DNA of 58,359 nucleotides, filler included, from Jimgerdemannia flammicorona (lineage: Eukaryota), in the NCBI GenBank assembly GCA_003990765.1. It is 3 parts of 3 records of this genome, joined end to end, with 100 filler letters (N's around TTAATTAATTAA, not from the genome) between each part and the next. Parts side by side here need not be neighbours in the genome. Positions count along the whole stretch, not along the records: positions 19,499 to 38,881 come from RBNJ01001952.1; 2 more parts are not named here. The stretch is one strand, 5' to 3'. The notes under the pieces were generated by a model. That model saw only the letters and a list, made by a program, of their open reading frames with translations, was not told the DNA's origin and searched no databases. Positions 22,745 through 35,245 of the stretch are shown piece by piece (the first letter of the stretch is position 1; each line of letters opens with the position of its first letter). The translations under genes and the position numbers were made by a program.

Positions 22745-24540
22745 ATGGTCGTCTTCAAGACCATTCTCCAAGGAAGGATTCCTACGCATACTCTCTCTAC
22801 TTCTCCAAAGTCTCCCTGAACCACCCATCCTCGACACGATCCTCGCCCACATCGTCAACAAGATCGCCAAATCCGAGAGCCTTAAGTGCGAGCTTCGTAC
22901 GTATCCCATTCCACCATTATTCGTTCATCCAACCCTTTGCTTTTGTATCCTCACGTTATCCATTCCCATCCCAGGGGCCAAGTGCGAGCACTTCAATGCC
23001 GGCGGTTCCGTAAAACACCCCAACGGTCGTCGCATGGTCAAGGAGGCCAAGAAAGCCGACACTGTCACCCCGGGCGTAGGCACCATCATTGAACCGACTT
23101 CGGATAACATTGGTATGTGTTCGTGGTGATTTGGGTTGAGACAGAAAAATAATTATTGTGAAGGAACGCGAGGAAAGGGTGGGAAGGGAAATGTCGAGGA
23201 GCAGTACTATAAATTACGTTCAAATCTTATGGAATTTTCTCATAACGGTCATGTTAACAATTACACGACATAACACCGATCTCCACTTCAACCCATTTCC
23301 TTTTCTCCACCCACCTACCACAGGTATCGGCCTCTCTCTCGCCGCGGCCGTGAAAGGCTGCCAGGCGATCATCACTTTACTAGTCACCGAGATTATCTGC
23401 ATGCCGACAGAGGCAGCATGGGATGCGCCCGAGTCGTACATCGGCGTGGCCTGGCGGCTTCAGAAGGAGAACTCCAACTCCGTCATCTTCAATCAATACG
23501 ATAACCCCTACAACCCCATCGCCTACGACACCACTGCAGAGGAGATTCTCAGGCAGGACGGTGGGAAGGTCGATATGTTCGTCGCTGACGTGGGGACTAT
23601 CACCGACGTGGTGAGAAAGCCGAAGGAGAAGTGCCCGAATGTTATTGTGAGTGCAGTTTAGGGTTTATTCTTGGGCGAGGATGAGGTGGGGCATCAGGAT
23701 AGGCAAATGCTGATGATTTGTGATGTTCGTCATCAAAGCTCACACAATCTCACCGACTTTAACCGAAAATCTGCTCCCCTCCCCTCCCAGATCATCGGCG
23801 TGGACCAGCATGGCTCTATCCTTGCTGAGCCCGCGGTGCCCAACACGAACAATGAATCCTATAAGATGGAGGGGATCAGGTATGACTTCACCTCGAGGGC
23901 AGCTGATTGATGGTTGGATCAAGTCCTCTGACAAGGAGTCTTTCCTCATTCGCGAGTAAGGTATCCTCTGCGGTGGCTCCTCCGACACCGCCATGTGGGC
24001 CAGCGTACGGCCATCAAGAAGCACGGCTTGGGTTAGGGAAAGCGTGTCGCGTACTGTTACCTGCTTCCGTGCCCAATTATATGACAAAGTTCTTGAACGA
24101 TGATTGGATGAGGAGTAATAGGTTTACTGATAAGAGGTGTTGTGATTTTGTTGTTTCAATTTCAAAATATATACAACTTATTCAACTCGCCCACCCGACT
24201 CTCGCATCCCACCAGACTCCTGTCAACCAAGCCATCACTTCGATCAGCTTCCCGTGGTGTTGCACGGCATGCATGCACCTCTGTGGTCTGGTTACCCTTG
24301 GCTATATCCTGTCACGCGTCGCCTCGGGCAGCGCCACGTCCTCCACCACACCGGTCTCGGATTTGATGTTCCATTTCCAGACCGGAAAGCACTCATTCTA
24401 GGAAATCACGGTCGAAACACCTACTGACAACCTCACCCGGTTCTTTGAGATCAACTCGAGCGCCGCCATCACCGAGCGGGAGAAGACCACCGGCGAGCTT
24501 AGGGTCAGGTATGTTGTCACTAAGGTCAATCTGTTGGCAT
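22745..24540 (+). pseudogene. CYS4: Cystathionine beta-synthase pseudogene (introns retained)
   Basis: Motifs [65 protein letters not shown] and NYMTKFLNDDWM. It lacks GNTPLV and the PEKMS segment, the GTGGT loop is eroded, and there is an in-frame TAA near 23957 plus frameshifts. Confidence 0.88.
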
Positions 24541-25742
24541 ATTTGGTCGGAAGGCTTAAATGGGGTGAGATGAAGAGTGGTCGGGTTGAATGTATTATAG
24601 AGTAGATGAGAGAAATTTTTAAAGGTTTTTTTTCGGATTTTCAGATAGAACGTTTTTTTTTTTTTTTTTTTTTTTTTTGAACTCTTTGAAGACACTGCAT
24701 CCGATTTTGTCTGCTTTATGTTCGTAACGCAGGTAATGGGACAATAAAAGTCATTGTGTGGTTGCAGATTTCTGTTTGCCATTATTGATCTTCAAGTACG
24801 GAATGATTAAAGAACAATGAAAAAAAATAGGCGCAGGTTCACACGGTTATTACCGTCATGTTCTCGTACTTCACCATGATGACATTGAATCATGGATCTG
24901 GCCGTCCCTTTGCGCTTCAACAAAATCCATTTCGATCTTAGGAATAATTTGACCCGGCCGATTCCCCAGCATGGAAGACGACAAGCTTGTGGAATTCGTC
25001 ACTGAGGCTGCGTTGTACATAGGGCCGCACTCATGGGATTTCGAAGAAATTTACTACATAATTATATATATATTGCGTTTCCGGGATGGGGCTTGGGTTG
25101 ACACATTGATCCTCACTGATAATCTACTCATTATGCACACACCTCAGATCAACCCCAATGTCTCGATCGGCCTCATGTTATGGTCAGCACGGATGTACGT
25201 ATAAGGTGCCATTGTCCTTGACAACGGCTCAATGTATGTACGTGCATTTCTCGTTCTTGGTCGAATATTTAATCCCTCGGCTAAAACTATTTTCCCCCAC
25301 TTCCCAAAAAGAACGGCACCTGCAGGTTCCACGCGAGGGAAATCCTATTTTTCGGGCGCCAGAGTACTATTGCTAGGAAGAGCCAGTCTGTAGGTTCGAC
25401 GGTAAATGCGCCTTCGATACTGCTATTTCTTGAATTTGTGAAACAAAGCTGTGAAACCGGTGTTTCGACCACTGTTCCGCAATTCACCTCCATGCAACAA
25501 GAACGTGACGCGTCGTTAAAGGTCAAAACTTAAATTCCCTTCCCTCTGGCAACTTCAAATATCATGCCCGATAACAAATTACTCCTGAGGACGCTCCCAA
25601 CCCGAAGCGCGCTTGGCGCCTTGATGAGCGACGTCGACTGCCTCAACCCCAGCCATTGATCCACCCGTTGGCCTACCTACCCCTTGACCCATCCATTGAC
25701 CTCAACCCATTTACCCACACGTTGACCCGCCATCCAAGTCTC

Positions 25743-27100
25743 ATGAAGCTTGTTTGCTTCTGCTTCAGTCAAATACCTTATGAACGAGCCCGACAAGGTG
25801 AGACAAAAGCTCCCCCTATTATCTTTTGAGGCAGTGAACGAGATATGGCGTTCACATTGCCGAGTGCGTCGAATCTTTTAAGAGCTTATGCTACGCTGAC
25901 CCTGGGATGACTCTGTTGGAAAATGGCGAAATCGCCTAAAAGCTAGTGGCGTGATTGGGGATTAGTCGGACGGCCCTTATATCTACAACAGGCATCATGT
26001 TACGTGCATAAACCTTGACTGCTACCCTCCCCCTCCCTATTAGGCAGCACCGGCCACGAGCCTGCCTATGCGACTTTTGTTGGCCCTTTGACGCTCACTG
26101 CTGCTGTGACCGCGCACATCTCGCCAGATCCTGGCTGCACTTCGTCCCGCTCGTCCCCCGTGTGGCACCTTGAATCATCAAGAAACTATACGGACGATTT
26201 CCCTGCACTTTGGCATGGCCGCGGGTATGAAGGTAGAGATAGTCATCTTGAGCGAGGACATGGCAGTCCAGGGAAAAAGGCAAGTTGATGGGAAGGAGGG
26301 GACTATCGGGACGACACTAGTGCATAAGGTGGCGGGGGCTTTGGCGACTAAAGAGTAAGATTTCTTGGCGTAATCAAGTAAGAAGGTTCGCGACGCGGCT
26401 CAGTACGTTGCGTCTAACACCGCGACCATCGGCATTTATCTGGACCATTGCCACATCCCTGGTTCCAGCAGTTTTTGCGAGCCTGGCTAATTCTGAGCAG
26501 GAGAACCTACTTGACACTACGCTCGGCATCACACTCGATTCAACTGACTCACACCGCGTGCTCGATACAACTGACTCACATCGCTTTGACTTTACCGAGT
26601 CATACTACTTGTCAACAACGCTGTCAAATGCCTGGCGTCCCGTAAAGGAATTATCGCCGAGCACGTTATCTCCAGCTACTTTGTGATAGCCTGAATATGC
26701 TGAGGCTGCCGAGCGAGGGCGGGTTGGATCTGGTACCGTTGCCGGACGAGTCGGCACGCTGGCGTGGACGAACGAAACAATAGGTCTACGACAGGTGTAA
26801 TCTATGCGAGAAAGTTTGGATAAGGCGACGGCGGAGGGAAATGAAATTGGCGTGGGTTCGCGTAAGTATTGGGACGTTTTGTCAATAATGTATAATTTTG
26901 ATCGATTGGAGGGCGCTACAATGATGTTCGGTTTCGGGTTTCTTGCTCTTATTCCTCTTTTGGATTGAACTCTTTTTGTCTAACCTCAGTTCCAAGCCGC
27001 GAAGGCCATCTTCGTATGCTGTGGCTGAACACATTATCGCTGCAGAACCGGATACCGCTTTCTATGATACCGTGGCGACTGGAGGCATGTACTCAAGCAA
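25743..27100 (+). pseudogene. DAK1: Dihydroxyacetone kinase (Dak1 domain plus start of Dak2) pseudogene
   Basis: Motifs GHEPAYATFVG, LTAAV, LHFGMAA, GTTLVHKVAGALA, ASNTATIGIYLDHCHIPG and IIAAEPD..FYDTV. Multiple deletions and frameshifts. Confidence 0.8.
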
Positions 27101-29798
27101 GGTGTAATGCTCTGCATCTCTCCCTCCCCCGTTCCTTTTTATCCTGCCACATAATGAACCCTAGTTGGATTGCGCTCGATCTCACGTTCCACAATTTTAA
27201 TCCCACCTCCTCTTCACAGCGCCTCTCAGTCTCTTCCACATTGTTTATGATAACTTTTATGGCGTCATCACGTCATTCGAGGGACTGGATGTCATTGACT
27301 CCATCTGATCGATCAGGTTATCACCGTAAGTAATATCAAGCACGCGCCATACGAGGCTTCGTCTCTATAATCTACATGCTCGCTTTGTTTAATTTTCATG
27401 TACGTATGCAAACCTTTCTTAAGTGTGCCCTCAGGTAAGCTTGCTTGGTTTTTGTTCTGTTGACTACCCATTTCCAAGTCCTGGTTGCCGATGTGAGCAT
27501 TTGGCACACTTTTGCCTGCAATAACTCTTCGACCCTTCTTTGGATCGTTTTTCGCTTTGCAATCTTCTTGGAATTTTTGTACTTCCCGTTTTCCTGCCAC
27601 TTTTTTTTATTTATTTATTACGCGCAAACTTCACACCACGCCATTGTTAATTGAATTCATCGGTAAGTTCCTCCTCTTCTCCCCTGCAGGAATACGATTT
27701 CGGTAGAAACCTTAAGCGCAGATCCAACACATTGAAGCCTAACTCGCACCCCACTCAGTCAGGTGATTCTTAATAGATATAGGCAAGCGAGTATAGGCTT
27801 TTTTTAAAAGATTTGTAGGTGGGGAAATTAATGGCGTGATCAAGATCTCGGTGTTGGTGAGTGGGTCGAAGGCGAGCTGGAGGCATGATGAGGTCGAGTG
27901 GTTGTTGGATGTGATATCCTCGTGGCGATAATGGTAAAGGGACTGAGACGGGGGGGGGGAAGGCGGGGAAGATATGTTAACTTCAACAAGTGTGCGTGTT
28001 TGGATGAGTTTAAGCCATCCAATCATCATCGTGTTAACCTGTTGCCATAATACCTATGATGATATACCCTAGTTACTTGAACATGAAATAAAAAAAATAC
28101 CTCTCTGTCAGCGCAAACGCGCAAACGCGCAAACACCAGCTTTCCTACCGCCGAAAATAAATAAATAAAATACTAGCTTGTTCAGCCCACACCGCCCAAT
28201 TAGCTGGATACCCCACCAACCCTTCCCAGCCTGGTACAGTTCACTCAACATCAGTACGTTATTCAAAGTGACATTTCCCATTTGCACCAGGCCATTTGTT
28301 CTTTGAATCGATATCTGTATCACAAGTTTAAGGACGTGGCACATCCGAAGCTGTTTATTTTTTCAATATGGTTCTCAAATAATACAGTCATGTGGAACAA
28401 TGCAACGGCGTTTTTTTTATTTTATCTACTGGGAACACAGATAGTGGTCGGGAGACAATGTTAATTCCACGATGGCAAAGATCGATCATCGTATCGCTCA
28501 TTGACCAAATGAATAAAAATAAAAAATAAAAAAAAATACCTCGCTGCATTCCACCACTGTCCCGCGTCAAACCGCATTTTCAATCCAACAAACAAGCTGA
28601 GAATGGGTGGAGACCGCCTTTGTCATTCACAATGTCGCGACCGAGGTTGTCGAGAACTATGAATGCGAAAGAAATGACGGTGGGACTGCTCAGTTATAAC
28701 GTCACTGTCTCCTCCAAACATGGACTCGAAGGATGTTGACGCGAATAGGTACACGATATTCTTGACGAGAACAAACCTGCCAATAGGCCCCATTTTAAAG
28801 GCCACTTTATTCTTTGAAATAGTTTTATTTCCAAATATATATTATATATTACAATATCGTCCAATCGAAAAACCAGTCGGAAAAGAGATGGTTTCGCCCT
28901 TGTTTAAGGGGCTCGTCAGTTGGCTTAAAAGTAACCAAGACCCCATCAACGTGGCCGGGGCCTCGTCTATTCTCTCGCCCATTACATTCAGCGAACTCCC
29001 ACTCACCAAACACTAAGAACTCGAGCGTGGCAACAATTTATTATATTATCATTTGCTAACACGCTGAAATATAGGTAGCCCTAGCAATTGCTCATTCCTT
29101 TTTAACCGGACTTTTCTAGCCTGTCCCTTTACTTATTAGCATTTTTATTTTATTATTTCATTTTATTATTTTATTTATAATAAAAACATAATTAGGAAAC
29201 CAGCTGTATTTTATAGCGCCCGCCGTCCCTATCCCACCCCGGCGCTTTTTGCCCTGGTGACCTAGTGTGAAGGAAATTGGAGTTTCATTGTTAGTGAAGG
29301 AAATGGGAGTTTCAGCATAAGTTGTCAAGCAGTTGGGTCGGTCGACGGATTTGTAGCTTAACCACATGTCAGCAGCAGCGGGATGCATCGCAAGGAGTTG
29401 GAATAGTATATCAACAAGTAACGTGAGTAGACCAACGACTGCCTGAGCAACCGCCGATACAAAAGCCCACCAAGTGCAGGCAACGGAGGGCCAAAGGCTC
29501 AACCGCGCAGAAGACAATTACTAGGAAACAGATAAAGGTTGAGGATGTGGAGATACTAGTTAACGACGGGGGGAAAAGGGTGACGGCCGCAAGACTACAC
29601 CTCTCATTCGAGGGCAATTCAATACGACACAGGTCCCACCGACTTGCAGGGTTCAATGGGCCTGGAGGCATCAACCATCCACCTGACCAACAACTTGTCC
29701 CCCGTGCCCCAGAGGAGCAAAGGGTAAGGCGAATTGCTTCACCTGAAGTGGGGGCGATAGGAACGCCATGCATCAAACCTCGGATCTGCCCCCAAGAA

Positions 29799-29885
29799 GC
29801 CGTAGCTTTGCCATAGCTTGCCGTAGCTTGCTGTAGCTTTGCCATAGCTTGCCGTAGCTTGCTGTAGCTTTGCCGTAGCTTTGCC
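29799..29885. repeat. Tandem repeat of a 10-11 bp unit GC(C/T)(G/A)TAGCTT(T), about 8 copies, with a 31-bp higher-order period
   Basis: gccgtagctttgccatagcttgccgtagcttgctgtagcttt... is read directly. Confidence 0.9.
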
Positions 29886-31332
29886 CACCCCTCTTTCTCT
29901 CTCCCTCGCCGTGGGAGTCTAGATGCATGACAGACCGCGCGCACACGCTTCCACCAAGTGGTAGTGGGACGCGTAGCCTGGGAAATAAAAGGGGGGTGTA
30001 GGAGTGGAAAGGAATCGTAAAAAGCGCTATTGCTTGTCGCGTCGTGGTGGCGTTTTTTTTTTATTAAGCAGAATTGCTGACGTCGTCAGCTATGTCGTCA
30101 GAGTTTCAGCCATCAGAATACGTAGGCAGTAAAACATCGAGATACATAACTATTAAAATGAAATAATAAATTCCATAGGCTAAAAATTACATTTGCAAAA
30201 TATAATTTAATTTAAAATAAAATTTATAATATTATTAATCAAATTATTATAAATAATATTTTCTTTAATATAATAATTTGATAAATTAAATAATATAATT
30301 ACAAAATATAATGAATATATATAATAAGAGTATAAATTTTCTCTTTTATAATATTTTTATATAAAAATTAACAGTATATATATTATTAATAAATATTTAT
30401 ATATCTAATTATTATATAATTTCAGTATATGTAGAATAAAAGAAAAGTAGACAAAGAGAATATTAATAAAGAAATAGAATAACAGAGATAAAAAAGAATA
30501 AAAAAAAATAAAAATAAAAACTATATACTATGTATATAGTATATGTATAATATATTAATATTCTATATCAATATATATAGAAAATGATACTATATGACTA
30601 GAATCAGCCAATTCAATAACAAAGCCCCTCCTGAAGGCTTAGTATATTTCTCTTTTTATTTCTAGGTACAATATCATTCTAAGTACTGCAAGTGACTTTT
30701 AGACTACAAAAAGCCACCAGATATAGGGCCTCATATTTATTTGTTTTTGTCTGCATTTCCTACTTATCAGTTATTTGGGTTATTCGTTGAGCGGAAACAT
30801 TCTAGTAATTGTGGCTTACGTATCAACGTCATTAGTGGCTACGTCACTAATAATCAGTTACACATAAGTGGCCTCTGATCTAAATGAAAATGGCGTTGTC
30901 ACCTTATTGTACTGGGAATAAAGAATGACGAATGTTGACGATAGCCGTGAGGAAAATACCCATGGTACTACAATTAATATGTTGGGATATTGAAATAATT
31001 ATTGTTATTGTTGGAAAGATTGTCCGTCGAGTTGACAGGTTGCAACACCATTTCAACGTATTCAACTCTAAGGACGTAAATATCGTTCCCATCAAGCTTC
31101 TGGAGAAAACTGTTCCGGTTTGAGGCCCCACTTCTATAAATGTGTCCCATCTATTCTCCGTCTTCTACGGAGTCGTGTCGTAGCTCCTCCAGTCTCAAAA
31201 TGCATCGATACAATGATGACGTAATGATTTTGAAAAGGCACGTGGCCACTTCGGCTTGTAAATCTGCCTTTATCCCTTCAAGAACCACCAAGAACCACCT
31301 CGTCAAGTAACGTGGATACACCCTTTGAAAGA

Positions 31333-31706
31333 GCACCGGTTTGCCCAGTATTCCTGTAGCCCAGTCCCGCTCCCCAGCTTCATCGCATATCGACTACCCT
31401 CCATGGGGCCAAGCACTACGAGCGAAACGTCATTGTGCGTGGGTGTATGCAGGCAAACAAGGTGTGTCGGACCTCCCCGACATTTTAAATATTTGGGGTG
31501 CACAAGCACAAGGGGTGTTCCATGGCACCAGTTTGCCCAGTGTCTGCTATAGCTCCCAGCTTCATTGAATATCGACTACCCTCCATGGGGCCAAGCACTA
31601 CGAGCGAAATGTCGCAGGCAAACAAGGTGCGTCGGACCTCCCCGACATTCGAAATATTTGGAGTGCCCAAGCGCAAGAGGGGTTTCATGGCACTGGCTTG
31701 CCCAGC
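31333..31706. repeat. Tandem duplication with a unit of about 165-190 bp (2 copies plus the start of a third)
   Basis: gcacc(g/a)gtttgcccag...atatcgactaccctccatggggccaagcactacgagcgaaa...gtcggacctccccgacatt occurs twice. Confidence 0.9.
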
Positions 31707-32004
31707 ATGGCATATCTATGAGGTCAAGCCATTCAGGTGAATGTCATCCACACAGGGATGTGTAAGCCGTGTGCGTCGGAATTTTTCGGCATTTTAATTA
31801 TTTTGTTATGTTTGTGGTTGGGGGTGGGGGATGGAGGGAGGGAGGGAGGGAAGGGGTTTGGAGTTTGCAAATCGTTCACCATTCTCACAATATGCTTTCT
31901 CGAGTTCCTTTCTTCGTATTCTTGAAGGTGGCGCAGGGTACAAGGCCGTCGCCAAGTTGGGTAGTGGCTAAGGCGGAAGGTTGGGATGATGTAGATTGTA
32001 ATGG

Positions 32005-32190
32005 AAAGGTGGCGCGGGACACTAGATCCTGATATAGTTACAATGTAAATAGGATTGGGAGGATGACGCGGGACACTGTTATTGTTATGATGTAAATAGA
32101 ATGGGAGGGTGGCGTGGGACACCGGACACTGGTATTGTTATATGTAAATAGTGCTGGGAGGGTGGCACGGTACTTTGGACACTGGACATT
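32005..32190. repeat. Degenerate minisatellite of about 46-55 bp, about 4 copies
   Basis: Recurring ggtggcgcgggacac...atgtaaatag...ggga. Confidence 0.75.
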
Positions 32191-32599
32191 AGGGTAGCTA
32201 ATTTGAATACAAATATGGTTTGAATTTGGTCATAGATGTCAATGAAACTTGTTGGTATCTTATTTTGAATTAATGAAAACCTGAGCATGACACCGTTTCA
32301 CATGGTTGATTTGGCAAAATAACAGTCAGCGTTTTCGAATAACGTTTTCTGCTTCCAACATTCGAGCTCAGGTAAATATTTTTTTGATCACATCGTACTC
32401 ACTTGTCATTTTCAAAGCGGACGAATGTATCATAAACGATTTGTCGCTTACTTCTCTAATTTAAATATGATGGAATTTCTCAGGACACTCTCGACCTCCC
32501 CTCTCCCCTCTTTTTTTATTTTTATTTTATTTTTATTGTTACAAATCCAGCTCAATAATATGGTGCAAATTCGTTAAAAGATTCAAGGAACAGTGACCT

Positions 32600-32990
32600 C
32601 CGTGCCAAGATTGGACGTAACTATCTCATGTCCAGGCAAACGGAGTTCCTCAACATCCTCAGCGCGATTGAGGACGATCATCGGATCATGCTTGTTATGG
32701 ACCGTGTGTCCGAAGATCTGCGCTCGACCCTGCATCAACTTAGTGATGACGGCTCTTGGCTCTACATGAGCACGGAAATACTTTCCGACGAGCCTGAAAA
32801 CTGGATAGCGTTTTTCCACTGACGTATGGGCTCTCGGAATAGTATTTTTCGAGTTGGCTACTGGGTCCGGGCCTTGGAAGGAGCCGCGCGACGATGACCC
32901 AAATTACAAGGCATACCTGCATTGTCGAACAAATATAAGGCTATGGACATAATCTTTCAATCCGTCCAAGATGAGAAGGAATGTCGTTCG
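32600..32990 (+). pseudogene. Ser/Thr protein kinase fragment (RAN1/SKS1-like by eye) with the catalytic core deleted
   Basis: IMLVMDRVSEDL is joined almost directly to GSWLYMSTE, then a frameshift to TDVWALGIVFFELATGSGPWKEPRDDDPNY. There is no HRD or DFG. Confidence 0.7.
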
Positions 32991-33559
32991 GCACGAGGTC
33001 GAAAAATCGACAAATCTCTCGGATCTCCAATGCACAAGGTAATTTTAAATTAGGGGATTGACTTGTACATTGGTTTCTGAGTGTATTCTGAATAACGCTC
33101 ATAAGTAACCCTGATTTACGTATTTTCAGGGTCATGTTGTCCTCGGTGGCGAAAGGACACTATATAACCGGTATCTCGACGCAATACCTGCTCCGATTAC
33201 AATCATTTTTCCTCCCCCCAACCTCACACTTGCCAACAGAAAGTCAGGAAATACCACCGAGGACGGATATCGCTGCCCCTTTGCACTAGGTAGTTTTAAA
33301 ATTAGAGGATGGTCTCGCATTAATGCTTCTGATGTATCCTGTATCCTATATAGTTCGTAATGTATAAATTTGCCTTAACTGTTTCATATTAAATACCAGG
33401 GGCCTCTCCTCGTAGAAGCTAAGCGGAAAGGATGGAAGGTTGTACGCCAGTCAAAGGTGGTCCAAATGGAAAATGCGGCCAAAGTGCACAAATTTCTACC
33501 ACATCATTGTCCATTCACTTATTATTCTTCTCCTCAACCCCACTCATATAAAAAGCATA

Positions 33560-34500
33560 CAGTGAGGGTCATAAGTATACTAATGTTATACTATTTTTAT
33601 TTCTTAAATTTATTATAGCTTAAATAAAAATGCTATTAAAGCCATTTTTTAACCAGTAATAAAATAAGTTTAGAGCTTCTAACTATATTAATTTTACCTT
33701 ATTTGAATAATTATATAAACAGTTATTACTGTTTAAATTTAAATTGATTATTGGTACACTTATGACCCTAATGGTATCTGAATCAACTTTATTAATATTA
33801 ATTAATATTTTATATATTTTCTCTTAGCTTTAATTACTATAGTAATATATTTTAATATACTCTCCACTAAATCAGTATAAAATTTTATAGAATATAATTC
33901 CACTTATTCTTCACTTACTTCTATAACTTCTTTATCTCTTTCAGTATTGTTTCATATATATTATACTTTCTTTTAAAGTAGTATCATAAATGCTCAATTG
34001 GGTTTATATCAGAGAATTATATAGACCAATCTAACATATAAATTTTACAGTCTATAAACAATTTTATAACAGCTTTAAATATATGTTTTAGATTATTATC
34101 TTTGAGCTTTTTTTGGTGTATCTTAAAAAAAAAAAAACTATATGAATTTTTGCAGCTTATTATCAAAAAATACTTATATAGAGTACTGCATTCATTCTAC
34201 TATCAATTTGATATATGTTTAATATTATAATAATTTATATAATGTGTTTCAAAACTGAATCAATGTTTTATTAAATTTTATATTTTAATTATTTAAATAA
34301 AAATACTCTATATAAATATATTTTATATTATAATATATTATAGTTTTATATAAGAGGTATTTAAAAATATTAAATTTATTATTTTTAAATTTTATTTTAT
34401 CTTTAAAAAAAAATTCTAAAAAAAAAAAAATTATTAGTTCAGTTTTGGAATAAAATTATTTATAAATATTCTTTATTTAATAGATAGATAATAAATTGAG
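33560..34500 (-). mobile_element. Tc1/mariner DNA transposon remnant
   Basis: Minus-strand IDSRMNAVLY, KDNNLKH and LDWSI*FSDINPIEHL (the WPxxSPDLNPIEHLW motif). Terminus TA-CAGTGAGGGTCATAAGT at 33558, with an inverted copy of the motif at 33751-33774. The right boundary is approximate. Confidence 0.75.
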
Positions 34501-34829
34501 ATATATATTTAAAACTTATTATAGTCATTTTTTAACATTTCTTTATAATTTCATATACATAATTTATTTTTTAAATATATATAAATATATATAATATATT
34601 ATTAATATACTGAATTTAAATATTAAAGTAATGATATTTTGTCCAAAGAAGGCTATTTAAGTATACTTTCTACTCATAATAAATTATAATTTATTTATTA
34701 AATAAATTAGTTATAGTTTGAGATTATATAAATTATTATAAAATTGAATCAAAGATATTAAATATCATATAATATAAGTTATATGATATCAGTTGACTAA
34801 AATTCAAAGATAATGAAAAAAGGCATATA

Positions 34830-35237
34830 TAGTGCTCCCAATAAATCAAATTGAATTGAATTGGACCCAAATTCAATTCAATTTGAAACCTTTGAATCAA
34901 ATTGAGGCCAATTCAATTTAAATTTCAATTTGAATCTAAATTTTTAAAATTCAATAACTTGACGAAAGAATGTCCAAATTTAATGATCTTTGTTATACTG
35001 GATTTACCTTATCAAGACAAATCCAACAAGCTAAAATTCATCAAATTTGAACATGTATTCATCAAGTTATTATATTTCAAAGTTTGACTTTCAATTTTAA
35101 ATCAAATCAGACCTCAATTCAATTTGAACAATTCAAATTAGATCTTGATTCAAATTGAAAAATCCCCAATTTGATTCAATTTGAATCACTCTCAATTCAA
35201 TTTAATTTGAATTGATTTGATTTATTTGGGAGTACTA
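34830..35237. mobile_element. hAT-type MITE, copy A (408 bp)
   Basis: TIR TAGTGCTCCCAA / TTGGGAGTACTA. 8-bp TSD GGCATATA/GGTATATA. Subterminal GAATT/GAATC pentamer arrays. Confidence 0.9.
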
Positions 35238-35245
35238 GGTATATA

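Noticed and set aside
24850..25530. Possible further gene remnant on the minus strand
   Set aside because: Composition looks coding-like but I recognise no motif, so no call is supported.
30823..30855. Short hairpin ATTAGTG...CACTAAT as a Helitron end or terminator
   Set aside because: The stem is AT-rich, no CTRR follows at the expected distance, and it could be chance.
32005..32190. Repeat-spacer-like pattern
   Set aside because: The apparent spacers are homologous to each other, so this is a degenerate minisatellite.
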